Under the pieces are notes generated by a model, which worked only from the letters and a program-made list of their open reading frames with translations, was not told the DNA's origin and did no database searches. Both the position numbers and the translations under genes were made by a program. DNA of 64,000 bases, from assembly GCF_009914755.1 (NCBI RefSeq), contig NC_060931.1. One strand, given 5' to 3'. Of this stretch, positions 1 through 13,230 are shown piece by piece (within the stretch, counting starts at the first letter, position 1; every line of letters begins with the position of its first letter). Source of the DNA: the human T2T-CHM13v2.0 reference genome, Homo sapiens.

Positions 1-2445
1 GTATGGCTGTTTTCACGATATTGATTCTTCCTATCCTTGAGCATGGAATGTTCTTCCATTTGTTTGTGTCTTCTTTTATTTCATTGAGCAGTGGTTTGTA
101 GTTCTCCCTGAAGAGATCTTTCACATCCCTTGTAAGCTGGATTCCTAGGTATTTTATTCTCTTTGTAGTAATTGTGAATGGGAGTTCACTCATGATTTGG
201 CTCTCTGTTTGTCTGTTATTGGTGTCTAGGAATGCTTGTGATTTTTGCACATTGATTTTGTATCCTGAGACTTTGCTGAAGTTGCTTATCAGCTTAAGGA
301 GATTTTGGGCTGAGACAGTGGGGTTTTCTAGATATACAATCATGTCATCTGCAAACAGGGACAATTTGACTTCCTCTTTTCCTAACTGAATACCCTTTAT
401 TTCTTCCTCTTGCCTGATTGCCCTGGCCAGAACTTCCAACACTATGTTGAATAGGAGTGGTGAGAGAGGGCATCTTGTCTTATGCCAGTTTTCAAAGGGA
501 ATGCTTCCAGTTTTTGCCCATTCAGTATGATATTGGCTGTGGGTTTGTCATAAACAGCTCTTATTGTTTTGAGATATGTTCTATCAATACCTAGTTTATT
601 GAGAGTTTTTAGCATGAAGGGTGTTGAATTTTGTTGAAGGCCTTTTCTGCATCTATTGAGATAATCATGTAGTTTTTGTCGCTGGTTCTGTTTATGTGAT
701 GGATTACGTTTATTGATTCGCGTATGTTGAACCAGCCTTGCATCCCAGGGATGAAGCCGACTTGATCATGGTGGATAAGCTTTTTGATGTGCTGCTGGAT
801 TAGGTTTGCCAGTATTTTATTGAGGATTTTCGCATCGATGTTCTTCAGGGATGTTGGTCTAAAATTCTCTTTTTTTTGTTGTGTCTCTGCCAGGCTTTGG
901 TATCAGGATGATGCTGGCCTCATAAAATGAGTTAGGGAGGATTCCCTCTTTTTCTACTGATTGGAATAGTTTCAGAAGGAATGGTACCAGCTCCTCTTGT
1001 ACTTCTGGTAGAATTTGGCTGTGAATCTTTCTGGTCCTGGACTTTTTTTTGGTTGGTAGGCTATTGATTATTGCCTCACTTTCAGAGCCTGTTATTGGTC
1101 TATTCAGAGATTCAGTTTCTTCCTGGTTTAGTCTTGGGAGGGTGTATATGTCCAGGACTTTATCCATTTCTTCTAGATTTTCTAGTTTATTTGCGTAGAG
1201 GTGTTCATAGTATTCTCTGATGGTAGTTTGTATTTCTGTGGGATTGGTGGTATCCCCTTTATCATTTTTTATTGTGTCTATTTGATTCTTCTCTTTTCTT
1301 CTTTATTAGTCTGTCTAGGGGTCTATCAATTTCGTTGATCTTTTCAAAAAACCAGCTCCTGGATTCATTGATTTTTTGAAGGTTTTTTGTGTCTCTATTG
1401 CCTTCAATTCTGCTCTGATCTTAGTTATGTCATGCCTTCTGCTAGCTTTTGAGTTTGTTTGCTGTAGCTTCTCTAGTTCTTTTAATTGTGGTGTTAGGAT
1501 GTTGATTTTAGGTCTTTCCTGCTTTCTCTTGTGGGAATTTAGTGCTATAAATTTCCCTCTACAAACTGTTTTAAATGTGTCCCGGAGATTCTGGTATGTT
1601 GTGTCTTTGTTGTCATTGGTTTCAAAGAATATCTTTATTTCTGTCTTCATTTTGTTATTTACTCAGTAGTCATTCAAGAGCAGGTTGTTCAGTTTCCCTG
1701 TAGTTGTGCAGTTTTGAGTGAGTTTCTTAATCCTGAGTTCTAATTTGATTGCACTGTGGTCTGAGAGACAGTTTGTTGTGATTTCTGTTCTTTTACGTTT
1801 GCTGAAGAGTGCTTTACTTCCAATTATGTGGTGAATTTTAGAATAAGTGCGATGTGGTGCTGTGAAGAATGTATATTCTATTGATTTGGGGTGGAGAGTT
1901 CTGTAGATGTCTGTTAGGTCCACTTGGTGCAGAGCTGAGTTCAAGTCCTGGATATCCTCGTTAACCTTCTGTCTCATTGATCTGTCTAATATTGACAGTG
2001 GGGTGTTAAAGTCTCCCATTACTATTGTGTGGGAGTCTAAGTCTCTTTGTAGATCTCTAAGGACTTGCTTTATGAATCTGGGTGCTCCTGTATTGGGTGC
2101 ATATATATTTAGGATAGTTAGCTCTTCTTGTTGAATCGATTCCTTTACCATTATGTAATGGCCTTCTTTGTGTCTTTTGATCTTTGTTGATTTAAAGTCT
2201 GTTTTATCAGAGACTAGGTTTGCAACTCCTGCTTTTTTTTGCTTTCCATTTGCTTGGTAGATCTTCCTTCATCCCTTTATTTTGAGCCTATGTGTGTCTC
2301 TGCATGTGAGATGGGTCTCCTGAATATAGCACACAGATGGGTCTTGACTCTTTATCCAATTTGCCAGTCTGTGTCTTTTAATTGGCGCATTTAGCCCATT
2401 TACATTTAAGGTTAATATTGTTATGTGTGAATTTGATCCTGTCAT
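1..2445 (-). pseudogene. L1 ORF2 remnant (endonuclease to start of RT), disrupted
   Basis: ATGACAGGATCAAATTCACAC start at 2445. Fragments 1663-2151, 1315-1650 and 859-1167 ([19 protein letters not shown]) are separated by stops or frameshifts. Confidence 0.92.
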
Positions 2446-2508
2446 TATGATGTTAGCTGTTTATTTTGCCCATTAATTGATGCAGTTTCTTCATAGCATC
2501 AATGGTCT

Positions 2509-3534
2509 TTACAGTTTGGCATGTTTTTGTAGTGGCTGGTACCAGTTGTTCCTTTCCAGGTTTAGTCCTTCCTTCAGGAGCTCTTGTAAGGCAGGCCTGG
2601 TGGTGACAAAATCTCTCAACATTTGCTTGTCTGTAAAGGATTTTATTTCTCCTTCACTAATGAATGTTAGTTTGGCTGGATATGAAATTCTGGGTTGAAA
2701 ATTCCTTTCTTTAAGAATGTTGAATATTGGCCCCCACTGTCTTCTGGCTTGTAGGGTTTCTGCTGAGAGATCCACTGTTAGTCTGACGGGTTTCCCTTTG
2801 TGGGTAACCCAACCTTTCTCTCTGGCTGCCCTTAACTTTTTTTCCTTTATTTCAACCTTGGTGAATCTGACGATTATGTATCTTGGGGTTGCTCTCCTCG
2901 AGGAGTATCTTTGTGATGTTCTCTGTATTTCCTGAATTTGAATGTTGGCCTGCCTTGGCTAGGTTGGGGAAGTTCTCCTGGATAATATCCTGAAGAGTGT
3001 TTTCCAACTTGGTTCCATTCTTCCCATCACTTTCAGGTATACCAATCAAATGTAGATTTGTTCTTTCCACATAGTCCCATATTTCTTGGAGGCTTTGTTC
3101 ATTTCTTTTTACTCTTTTTTCTCTAAATGTATCTTCTCACTTTATTTCATTAATTTGATCTTCAATCACTGATACTCTTTCTTCCACTTGATCGAATTGG
3201 CTATTGAAGCTTGTGCATGTGTCATGAAGTTCTTGTGCCATGGTTTTCAGCTCCATCAGATCATTTAAGGTCTTCTCTACACTGTTTATTCAGTTAGCCA
3301 TTCATCTAACCTTTATTCAAGGTTTTTAGCTTCCTTGTGATGGGTTAGAACATGCTCTTTTAGTTCGGAGAAGTTTGTTATTACCGACCTTCTGAAGCCT
3401 ACTTCTGTCAACTTGTCAAAATCATTCTCCGTCCAGCTTTGTTCCATTGCTGGTGAGGAGCTGCGACCCTTTGGAGGAGAAGAGGTGCTCTGGATTTTAG
3501 AATTTTCAGCTTTTCTGCTCTGGTTTCTCCCCAT
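2509..3534 (-). pseudogene. L1 ORF1 remnant (frameshifted/stopped)
   Basis: Pieces at 3313-3534, 2852-3070 and 2509-2775 align in order to L1 ORF1p but are broken into separate ORFs. Confidence 0.92.
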
Positions 3535-4134
3535 TTTTGTGGTTTTATCTACCTTTGGTTGTTTATGTTGGTGACCTACAGACGGGGTTTTGGTGTGGAT
3601 GTCCTTTTTGATGATGTTGATGCTATTCTTTTCTGTTTGTTAGTTTTCCTTCTAACAGTCAGGTCCCTCAGCTGCAGGTCTGTTGGAGTTTGCTGGAGGT
3701 CTGCTTCAGACGCTGCTTGCCTGGGTATCACCAGCGGAGGCTGCAGAATTGCAAATATTGCAGAACAGCAAATATTGCTGCCTGATCCTTCCTCTGGAAG
3801 CTTTGTCCCAGAGGGGCTCCCGCCTGTATGAGGTGTCTGTCAGCCCCTACTGGGAGGTGTCTCCCAGTTAGGCTACACGGGGGTCAGGCACCCACTTGAG
3901 GAGGCAGTCTGACTGTTCTCAGAGCTCAAACGCCATGCTGGGAGAACCACTGCTCTCTTCAGAGCTGTCAGACAGGGACTTTTAAGTCTTCAGAAGTTGT
4001 CTGCTGTCTTTTGTTCAGCTATGCCATGCCCACAGAGGTGAAGTCTATAGAGGCAGTAGCCCTTGCTGAGCTGTGTTGGGCTCTGCCCAGTTCCAGCTTC
4101 CTGGCTGCTTTGTTTACCTACTCAAGCCTCAGCA

Positions 4135-4461
4135 ATGGCAGACGCCCCTCCCCCAGCCTGGCTGCAGCCTTGTAGGTCGATCTCAGACTTCTGCGCTAGC
4201 AGTGAGCAAGGCTCCATGGGCACAGGACCCACTGAGCCAGGCACGGGAGAGAATCTCCTTGTCTGCCAGTTGCTAAGACCACGGGGAAAGCGCAGCATTT
4301 GGGCAGAAGTGTCCTGTGTTTCCAGGTACAGTCTGTCATGGCTTCCCTTGGCTAGGAAAGGGAAATCTCCTGACCCCTTGCACTTCCCGAGTGAGGCGAT
4401 GCCCTGCCCTGCTTTGGCTTGCCCTCTGTGGGCTGCACCCACTGTCCAACCAGTCCAGTGA
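4135..4461 (+). CDS. L1 antisense ORF0 homologue, open (108 aa); expression unknown
   Basis: MADAPPPAWLQPCRSISDFCASSEQGSMGTGPTEPG... resembles L1HS ORF0p (MAGAPPPASLPPCSLISDCCAS...). Start context gcaATGg; donor CAG|GTACAG at 4325/4326. Confidence 0.6.
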   Translation: MADAPPPAWLQPCRSISDFCASSEQGSMGTGPTEPGTGENLLVCQLLRPRGKRSIWAEVSCVSRYSLSWLPLARKGKSPDPLHFPSEAMPCPALACPLWAAPTVQPVQ

Positions 4462-4734
4462 GATGAACCAGATACCTCAGTTAGAAATGCAGAAATCACC
4501 CATCTTCTGCGTTGATCACGGTGGGAGCTGCAGACCAGAGCTGTTCCTGTTCGGCCATCTTGGAACAGAGACTCATTATTTATTTTTTACAAGATTTTTC
4601 TTATAGAGTTTTGTAGGTGGTTTCTACATAGTAAGGATATTAACCCTTTATTATACATGCTGTAAATATTTCCCCTTGTACATTATTTGCCTTTTCATTG
4701 TTTTTGGCATGTGGTTTTTCAGAAAGTTTTATTT

Positions 4735-5015
4735 TATAAAATAAACTTTCTATTTTGAAATAATCTTTGGAATAATTTTAGATTTTCAGAAAAGTTGCCA
4801 ACATAATACAGAGAGTTCCTGTATACCTTCACCCAGCTACCAGTAATTTTTTTTTCCCAGCCACTAGATCACCAAGGATCCCCTAATGTTAACATCTTAC
4901 ATGGCCTTGGTACATTTGTCAAAACAAAAAAAATCCCATAAGGTTTTAAATATTCATGGTTCCAGAGAATCGAGCCTTGTTCATGGTTCCAGAGAATTAA
5001 GAAACTGATACAACC
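4735..5015 (-). mobile_element. Old L1M 3'-end fragment
   Basis: ttttagattttcagaaaagttgc...tacagagagttcctgtatacc...ccctaatgttaacatcttacat is typical of L1M 3' ends. Confidence 0.6.
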
Positions 5016-5994
5016 TTCATCTTCCTGTGATGAAAAATTTTGTTTAAAATTTGGTTGATTAAACTTTGATCTTGGCTCACTGCACCTCTGCCTCCTAGGT
5101 TCATCCTACTTCCACCAACCATGAGTTTATGTATTTCCCTGTGAGAGTACCAAAGTCTATTTAATTCATAATCTTTTGAAACATATCATTAATAGTTTAT
5201 TAATAGTGCTGTAGAACTCATTTTACTACAAGTAGCTTTTCTCCTCCAGTGCCAATCACTTCGGGAGCCACAGGTTATGGTGCAGACATGGCCAAGTCCA
5301 ACAACCATACCACACACAACCAGTCCTGAAAATGGCACAGAAATGGTATCAGGAAACCCTCATCATAAAGATATGCATCTTTTAAGGGGATGGACCCCAT
5401 GTTCCTGAGGAACACGTGCTTTTCCAAGAAGCACAAGAAGGTCCTAAAGAAGATGCACGTGCCAAGGCTATCAAGGCCCTTGTAAAGCCCAAGGAGGTTA
5501 AGCCCAAGATCCCAAAGGGCATCAGCTGCGAGCTCAATCGACTTGCCTACATCTATCACTACCCACCCCAAGTGATAGATGCAGGAGGCAGATAAGGAGG
5601 TCCCTAGAGAACCTCTGACCCGCCCCACAAGTGTTTACATCAGATGCTTTTGTGCAGATGAGGGAACCTGCCCAGGGTCTTGTCTGTGTATGCCTGCAAC
5701 GGACTGGGGACCCACCTGTGCACTGGGAGAATGGGGTAGAGCCATGGGAATTTCGCACCTTGTGTAGCAGGGAGGAGCCTGGCCTCTTCAGCTCATGTGG
5801 TGGCAAGGAATCAATTTGTGACATGGGGGCCTGTTAGCAGGACCCCTCTTGCTTTGCTGAAAGTTTTTTTTTCTTTTAGCTCAATACATTCCACTTTACT
5901 CACCATTCAATGTGCCTGCATGCCTAATCTTTCCCAGTCTTGTGACAAGAACCTGGTTTTAGCTGAACTAAGAAGCAAAAATTCTGCAACATTT

Positions 5995-6012
5995 TGGTGC
6001 CTGAACAGGGAC
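5995..6012 (+). other. Retroviral primer-binding site complementary to tRNA-Lys(UUU)
   Basis: TGGTGCCTGAACAGGGAC equals TGGCGCCCGAACAGGGAC with two CpG transitions, 3 nt after the 5'LTR. Confidence 0.85.
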
Positions 6013-6958
6013 TTGAGGGAGGGTAAGATGCGAACCAAAAAATCTTTTTCCCTTTTGCTTCTAAGCCTTTTTGTCCTCAGACTTCTTCTGAGGGTAGAGG
6101 CAACTGTGCACCACCTGACCCCAGTGGCTGCAGGCTCGTGCAGGATGGATGGGTGAATAGCAGCTCCCTGCTCCCTTCCTGGCTGGGGCTGGGGCTCCCA
6201 AGGGTTCTGCATGGCAGGCTGGCCAGCCTTCCCTGCTACGCATCCATGGAGTCTTCCTCTTCCCTGGCCAAGGGGTCCAGCTCCATCAGACAGCAATTAA
6301 GTTTCTCTCCCTGTTGCAGGAATCCATTTGCATAAGAATAAAAGGTTCCTCCCAAGGCATCTTTTTCTTTTCTCCACCCTGTCAGCAGTTAACATAGCCC
6401 TGCATTTAAGCTTTTTTTGTTTTGTTTTGTTTTGTTTTTCTCCACCAGGTCAGGAGTTAACTTTTAAGTGAGGCTTTTTTATTCTTTTTAGAGGACATTT
6501 TACTAGGCCAGGACCCCAACTAACACAGCTAATATTCTCTGTAAAGTTTTAATTATGAAAAAGGATTTGTGAGGTTTGTCTTAAGCTGTAGCCAATTTGG
6601 TGTGCTTTGCATATCTTTCTGTATGGTCACTAGCAAACTTTGCTGCAGGTCTCCATCTTGTTTTACATCCTTGGAAGTGTGACCTGTAACCACAAGACAA
6701 TGCTTTATTTTAGCATCTGCCATTTTACAATGGCAGCCTAGGTTCAATCCTGGCTTAGGGAGTGAGTTCTTTCTGGTTTGACGTCTGCATTACTTTTTTG
6801 CCATTTGTTGATTCTCTTCCCCTCCATGAACTGCCTTGGATTTTCCTTTCTCTGAGCTTTTAATAAAGTTTGAAAGCCAGAAATATTGGCTGCTTGGCAT
6901 GGCTAAAGTTGGATAACAAGGGATTTAAAAGGACTTTCTTAAAGAGTGCTCATCTTAA

Positions 6959-7384
<426 letters not shown>

Positions 7385-8774
7385 TGAAATATTTTTCTCC
7401 ATTTGCCTTGCCACTCTTAATGCATGCATGAGAGGGGAGAGGCTTCTGTTTTCCTCATGGATCCCCAGGAATTAAAGGCAAATGGATCCCTGTCAAAATC
7501 TGTTTTTGCCTTCCAGCTGTATTTGTTTATTAGGCCCTAAAAATGGCATATTTTCCTAGCCTTGTTCTTAAAGGGCTCCACCCAGAGGCCAATAATCTAT
7601 TTAGGAGATGGCAAATGAAAAATCTTATGGCTACTGGATTTTCTTTTACCTCTCTGTTTAGTAATACAGGTATTGTGTATGTGATGTCTACAAAAAGAGC
7701 TCTAATTTATTGACTTAAAGAAGGATAAAGACTTGGATCAAATAGTTTTTAAAGGGAAGATAAAAGCTGTAGTACCTTTTAGTTCATGTGACTTTAATCT
7801 TTGAGAAATAAAAACAGCCTTAAAGATTATTGGTAAAATGTAGATATTGTCAAAATGTAAATTTTTGCCTGGGGTTATAGGATTGTTTTGAATTAGGTAA
7901 GATAAAACTAAAAGTTTAAACAAGTTATGGAAGGTTTCTAAAAAATTAATCTTGCAAAATAAATTCTGTGTGTGAACACTGACTACATTCAAAAGGGTTA
8001 TAAAAGGTTTTTGATTTTTTAAAAATTTTTGAGTCACCATTTTGACAAAATAAATAACTTATGGTAATCTGGAATTCTGTTTTATAACATCAAGTGTTTT
8101 AAACCTCTAACATATTTAACAGGCTTCCCAAAATCAAACTTCAGTTTCAAAATTGTCTTTCCTGATACCTAGCTTTTGGATGCTACAGAGGGCCCCTGGA
8201 GCATTCAGAAGAGAGGTAAACAGGATTAGTTGACATGTTTAGGTACATGGGATTTCCAAATTGATGTTCAATCTTCTTCAAGTTATATTTTAGGACATAA
8301 TATTAATACATGTTCCAAAATTATGTGGGATTTTAAAAATTCTAATGTCTGAGTATATGCTATCAATCACAATTAAGGTTGTTATGTATTGTAAATCACG
8401 GGGATAACCAAATTTCTTTGTCAATCATGTTTCTGACTGTAACTACCCTGGACATTTTGTTATTCACAGACGATTTTGTCTTGTTTTGATCCTCTTCAAA
8501 AGATGATTATAATCAGCTATAGAATTTTGACAGGTGCTCTCAAATGGAGGTTTCTGATAACTTTGGACATTATGACATTGGAATAAAGGAAAAACATACA
8601 GGACTCATGAAGAGCCGAAATGTTCACGAATATCAAGCAAAAAAAGAATTAACCAAATTGACTAAACTAATAGAGAATTAAAATAATCTTTTTGACTTTT
8701 GCTTGGAAAATTGCTGATCCTTGTTTTCTCAGAGTCAAGGAAACTTATTTTGAACTATTTATGGCCTTTAATAA

Positions 8775-9154
<380 letters not shown>

Positions 9155-11204
9155 TAGGATTTGGAAACTAGTTGTGAGTATTTTTAACTTATGGCAATAT
9201 AGTTGTTTGCCTCAGTGCAATAGGAATCCATTTTCTTTTGCAACAGGATGCGATTGGAGAAACTGGTTGTTTTACCAAAGCTTTGATTGGATGAGTATGC
9301 TTCCCTTTAAGGAATCACGCTCAACTTGCAGAGCTGATAAAAGCCCCTTGGGAAAACTGGCCTCATACCTTGTCTACACATTCCCTGTACAGGGTTCCTA
9401 ACCTGTGGTGAGTAAAGAATGTCGCATTCCAACAGGCCCAGGAACCACATGTTCTTGGGACCTCAAGAAGGGAGGAGTTTACCCAACTCACAGGTATTTG
9501 AAGGTACAAACCCATGGCTGGGCTCAGCTTTAGAAAGTCCTTTCTGAGATTCCTTGTGGAACAGAGTTCCAACAAAACCAGTCTAAAAGGGTTATACAAA
9601 AATAATTATTCTTGTTGCATTTTATGCAAATAATCAGGCCAAGTATCAGACTAAAGTCTATTTTGCAAACAACTCAGTCCTATCTTGATATGTTTTTAAC
9701 AAGATGAGGACTGAAGAGAGAGAAATTATGTTTTAAAATTTATCATATATTTGTCATTAAATTCTAGACTCATTAGTTGTTTTTAAGTTCTTGCCTACAT
9801 TTTATACTAACCTTGCTTTTTCTTGTGAACTAACCAGAAATCCCTGGCTGCAGCTCAGAAAGGACAAAAGGGATGGATGATGTAAAAATCTGGATCAATA
9901 CTCTAGTTCTGAGCAATTATTCTGTGAATCCTGCCAGGTGATGGGAATAAATAGAATGCCCATCAACCAGAGATTTCCTTTTTGGGAAAGTAAGACCAAG
10001 GGAGTTAACTAAAGCCAAGCCCCACATACCTAAATCTCAGCAAGCATAACTATAGCCACCAATTATCTGGGCATGTCACAGGACATCCTTTTCTCTCCCT
10101 TGTTCGAGGAGGGCTTGATTCCATAGTTTCACCTTAGCATTCAACTTATGATAAGGAGTCCATGCAACACTGCCTCCCCCTTCCAGAGACACATTTTTGT
10201 CCCAAACTCAACTCCGAGCTTTGGATTGAAGCCCTAGGAAATAAAACTGGGTCTGAGGGATCCAGAGGCAGATGATAATGGAAGTTAAAAGGCACAGCAG
10301 AGTGTGACTGATTCCTGCTGATTAATCCAAGCTTCCTGTTTGATGGATAAAGGTTATGTTAGTATCCATGGCATAAATGAGGTCTAGAAAACTTGAAGAC
10401 TACTGACAGCAGATGAGATAGGGCATATGTTGGTAAGAGCGGATATTGCCACCCCCTAGGCCCCCCGTTAACATGAGTGAAAGCCACTTTGACACCCATG
10501 GGTGGCACTCTGTCACAGTTGCCAGGAGGAACACCTCACTTTCTCTCTCCCTTATGTACCCTGGATATTTTCTAGGAAGAGAAGGGAACCTGGGATGCCT
10601 CGCTCCCCTCTTTCTAGATGAGTAGCCATTCATCTTCAGTCTGCACCACTTTCAAATGCATCCTGAACCCCTGGGGCTCCTTTGAAAAAAAAGAAAGCCT
10701 TCTTTTTTCCTTTTTCCTTCTCTGTGCTGTCTTCACTGATAGGTAATTGTGTCTCTGTACTACGATATACTCTCCTTGGATACATCTTCCAAACTGGAAA
10801 AAGTTATTTGCCAAACCTTAAACTCATTGGCTTAGGACTGGGCTTGGGGGATGAGAACCCAGAAGCCTGACATGCTGGCAAAAGGGTAAAACCTTTTTAT
10901 TATCAGTCTGGCTTTTGGCCTGCCTCTCCTTGTGCAAACTGGTAAAAGGCCTTTTGGTTTTTGCACTGTTCTTACCCTCCTTTATTTCATTTTGATACAT
11001 GTTTTCTAATAACCCAGGTTGTCTCTTCTCACCTTCAGGCCCTCAAGCTCCAAAGGATCGTGCAACTTGGGACTTGGACGATTTCCCCTTTTCCTGGGGA
11101 CCCTTAGATAGGCCTCTGAGGGAGATCTGACTGCCGTTTTCCTAAAACAGCACCCCCTGTCAGCATGAAGCAGTTAAGATTGGTCTTCATCCTTATCCTT
11201 ATCT

Positions 11205-11513
11205 TTGTTTGTTTGTTTTGTTTGGTTTTTTTGAGATGGAGTCTCCCTCTGCCGCCCAAGCTGGAATGCAGTGGTGTGATCTTGGCTCACTGCTTGCTCT
11301 GCTTCCCGGGTACACGCCATTCTCTTGCCTGAGCCTCCTGAGTAGGTGGGACTACAGGTGCCCACCACCACGCCAGGCTATTTTTTTGTATTTTTAGTAG
11401 AGACGGGGTTTCACTGTGTAAGCCAAGATGGTCTCGATCTCCTGACCTTGTGATCCACCCACCTCGGCCTCTCAAAGTGCTGGGATTACAGGCGTGAGCC
11501 ACTGCACCCGGCC
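11205..11513 (-). mobile_element. AluY-like inside the ERV
   Basis: cacgccattctc and gatggtctcgatctcctgacc; flanking repeat ccttatcttt. Confidence 0.9.
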
Positions 11514-12829
11514 CCTTATCTTTATCTTTATCCTTATTCTAAAGGCAGTTAGATGGACTTCTTTAGAGGGGGAAATAATAGATGCAGGAGGCAGATATGG
11601 GGAGGGGTCCCTGGAGAATCTCCGAGCTGCCCCACAAGTGTTTACATCAGATGCTTTTGTGCAGATGAGGGAACCTGCCCAGGGTCTTGTCTGCACCTGC
11701 CCGCAACAGACTGGGGACCTGCCTGTGCACTGGGAGGATGGGGTGGTGCCATGGGAAGTTCACACCTTGTGTCGGGGGAAGAACCTGGCCTCTTCAGCTC
11801 ATGAGTGGTGGCCTGAAATCAATCTGTGAGGTGGGGGCCTGTTAGCAGGACCCCCTCTCACTTTGCTGAGAGTTTTTTTCTTTTTTGCCCAGTAAACTCC
11901 ACTCTACTCACCCTTCAATGTGTCTGCGTGCCTAATCTTTCCTGGTTGTGTGACAAGAAGCCAGTTTTAGCTGAACTGAGGAGCAAAAATTCTGCAACAC
12001 AAGCTTGGGAATTGTGCTTGTGCCTGCATTGCCAAGGGTCTCAGACTCTGCCAGCCAAAGGCCAAAGCCAAGTATTGAAGCAAGGCTCAGGCTGCAGCTC
12101 CAGCTTCAGTTCCAGCTTAGGCTCCAAAAGGTGCCCAGGCTCTCACAAAGGCTCCAGAGTAGAGACCTCTGTCTGCCAATGTGAGAACAGAAGGACTAGT
12201 GTGACCCCTGGGCTGCCCTCTGCACGGGGCTGATGTCCTCCAGTGCTATTTGTACAAATAAACCCGAGGCAGGGGGACAAAAAGCACTACAAATAACCCC
12301 GTTTCTACAGGCAAAGGCATTCAGAGTTTTGAGTTTGAAGTGCTTTAGAATCTGGTATCTCTACTGAAGGCTTCAATCTGTGGTTCTTTCTCTTATGGTC
12401 CCATATAGTGGCCTACTCACCCTACCGTTAGGCTATCTCACCTTCTGGGGTTAAATGGCGAGAAAGTCGAATTGTGCCTAACATCATCTTCATAGGGAGT
12501 AATATGCTATTAAAGCACTTTTCTAAAGAGAGCTATCATCTTTCTCTTTCTGAATTACGGCTTCCTGGGGGATAGGTTGATGAAGAAGCATTCGGCCTAA
12601 AATGGTCTTTTCCTAGAGCTGAGTAGAATTACCTTGGTTAATTGGATGAAGCAATGAACCAGGGTCTGAGGCTGGAGCTCCTGGTGCCTGCTCTAGCCCA
12701 GATCAGCCCTGGGGCTTTGTGTAAGTCGCTTCCCCTCTGGGGGCCTCATTTCCTCCTCTGCAAAGCAAGGAGGCTTCAATGATCTCTTTCTGGCTGGAGA
12801 TTTTCTTAATGATTCTCAGAAACAGATTT

Positions 12830-13040
12830 TACTGGGGATGATAGATCTGTGATATGTGATATTGATTGTGGTGATGATTTCATCATGGATGTATACCTAT
12901 GTCAAAACATGTCAAATTGCATGTCTTAAATATATGTAGTTTATAGACTGAGTTTCTTAAGAGAATGATACAAATTTAAAAATAAACATATGCCGTTTAT
13001 TATATGTCATGTATACCTCAATATGACTGTTTAAAAAAAT
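12830..13040 (+). mobile_element. Old L1M 3'-end fragment
   Basis: gattgtggtgatg...gtcaaaac...tatacctcaata...tttaaaaaaa resembles an L1M terminus. Confidence 0.6.
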
Positions 13041-13230
13041 AGATTTCACCCAGCTTGTATGGTGGTGAGGAGGTAGAAATGACAATGCCCTATTCTGATA
13101 TGTATCAGTTTATATTGTCAGAAACAGAAAACAGAGCTTTCTTAAGTTTTTCCTACAACCTCCTTCGAAGGCTTGTGCTTTCTCCTTCTCTAACTTCCTC
13201 TATTTATTTTATAAAATTACAATTTTCACC

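Larger units (their letters stand above)
1..4570 (-). mobile_element. LINE-1 (L1PA, roughly PA6-PA8 age): 5'UTR, ORF1 and 5' part of ORF2; continues past the window start; ORF1/ORF2 disrupted
   Basis: Minus strand starts ...TTCCAAGATGGCCGAACAGGAACAGCTC, the L1PA 5' end with its YY1 site at 4553-4562. Minus-strand ORF fragments match ORF1p (MGRNQSRKAENSK; DLSAETLQARRQWGPIFNILKE) and the ORF2p endonuclease (ILNIYAPNTGAP, GDFNTPLS, SDHSAIKLE). Confidence 0.97.

Noticed and set aside
1-4570. Retrotransposition-competent L1
   Set aside because: ORF1 and ORF2 both contain multiple stops and frameshifts.
5579-5837. Paired similar ORFs at 5579-5837 and 11494-11829 suggesting a duplicated gene
   Set aside because: They are the two LTRs of one provirus.
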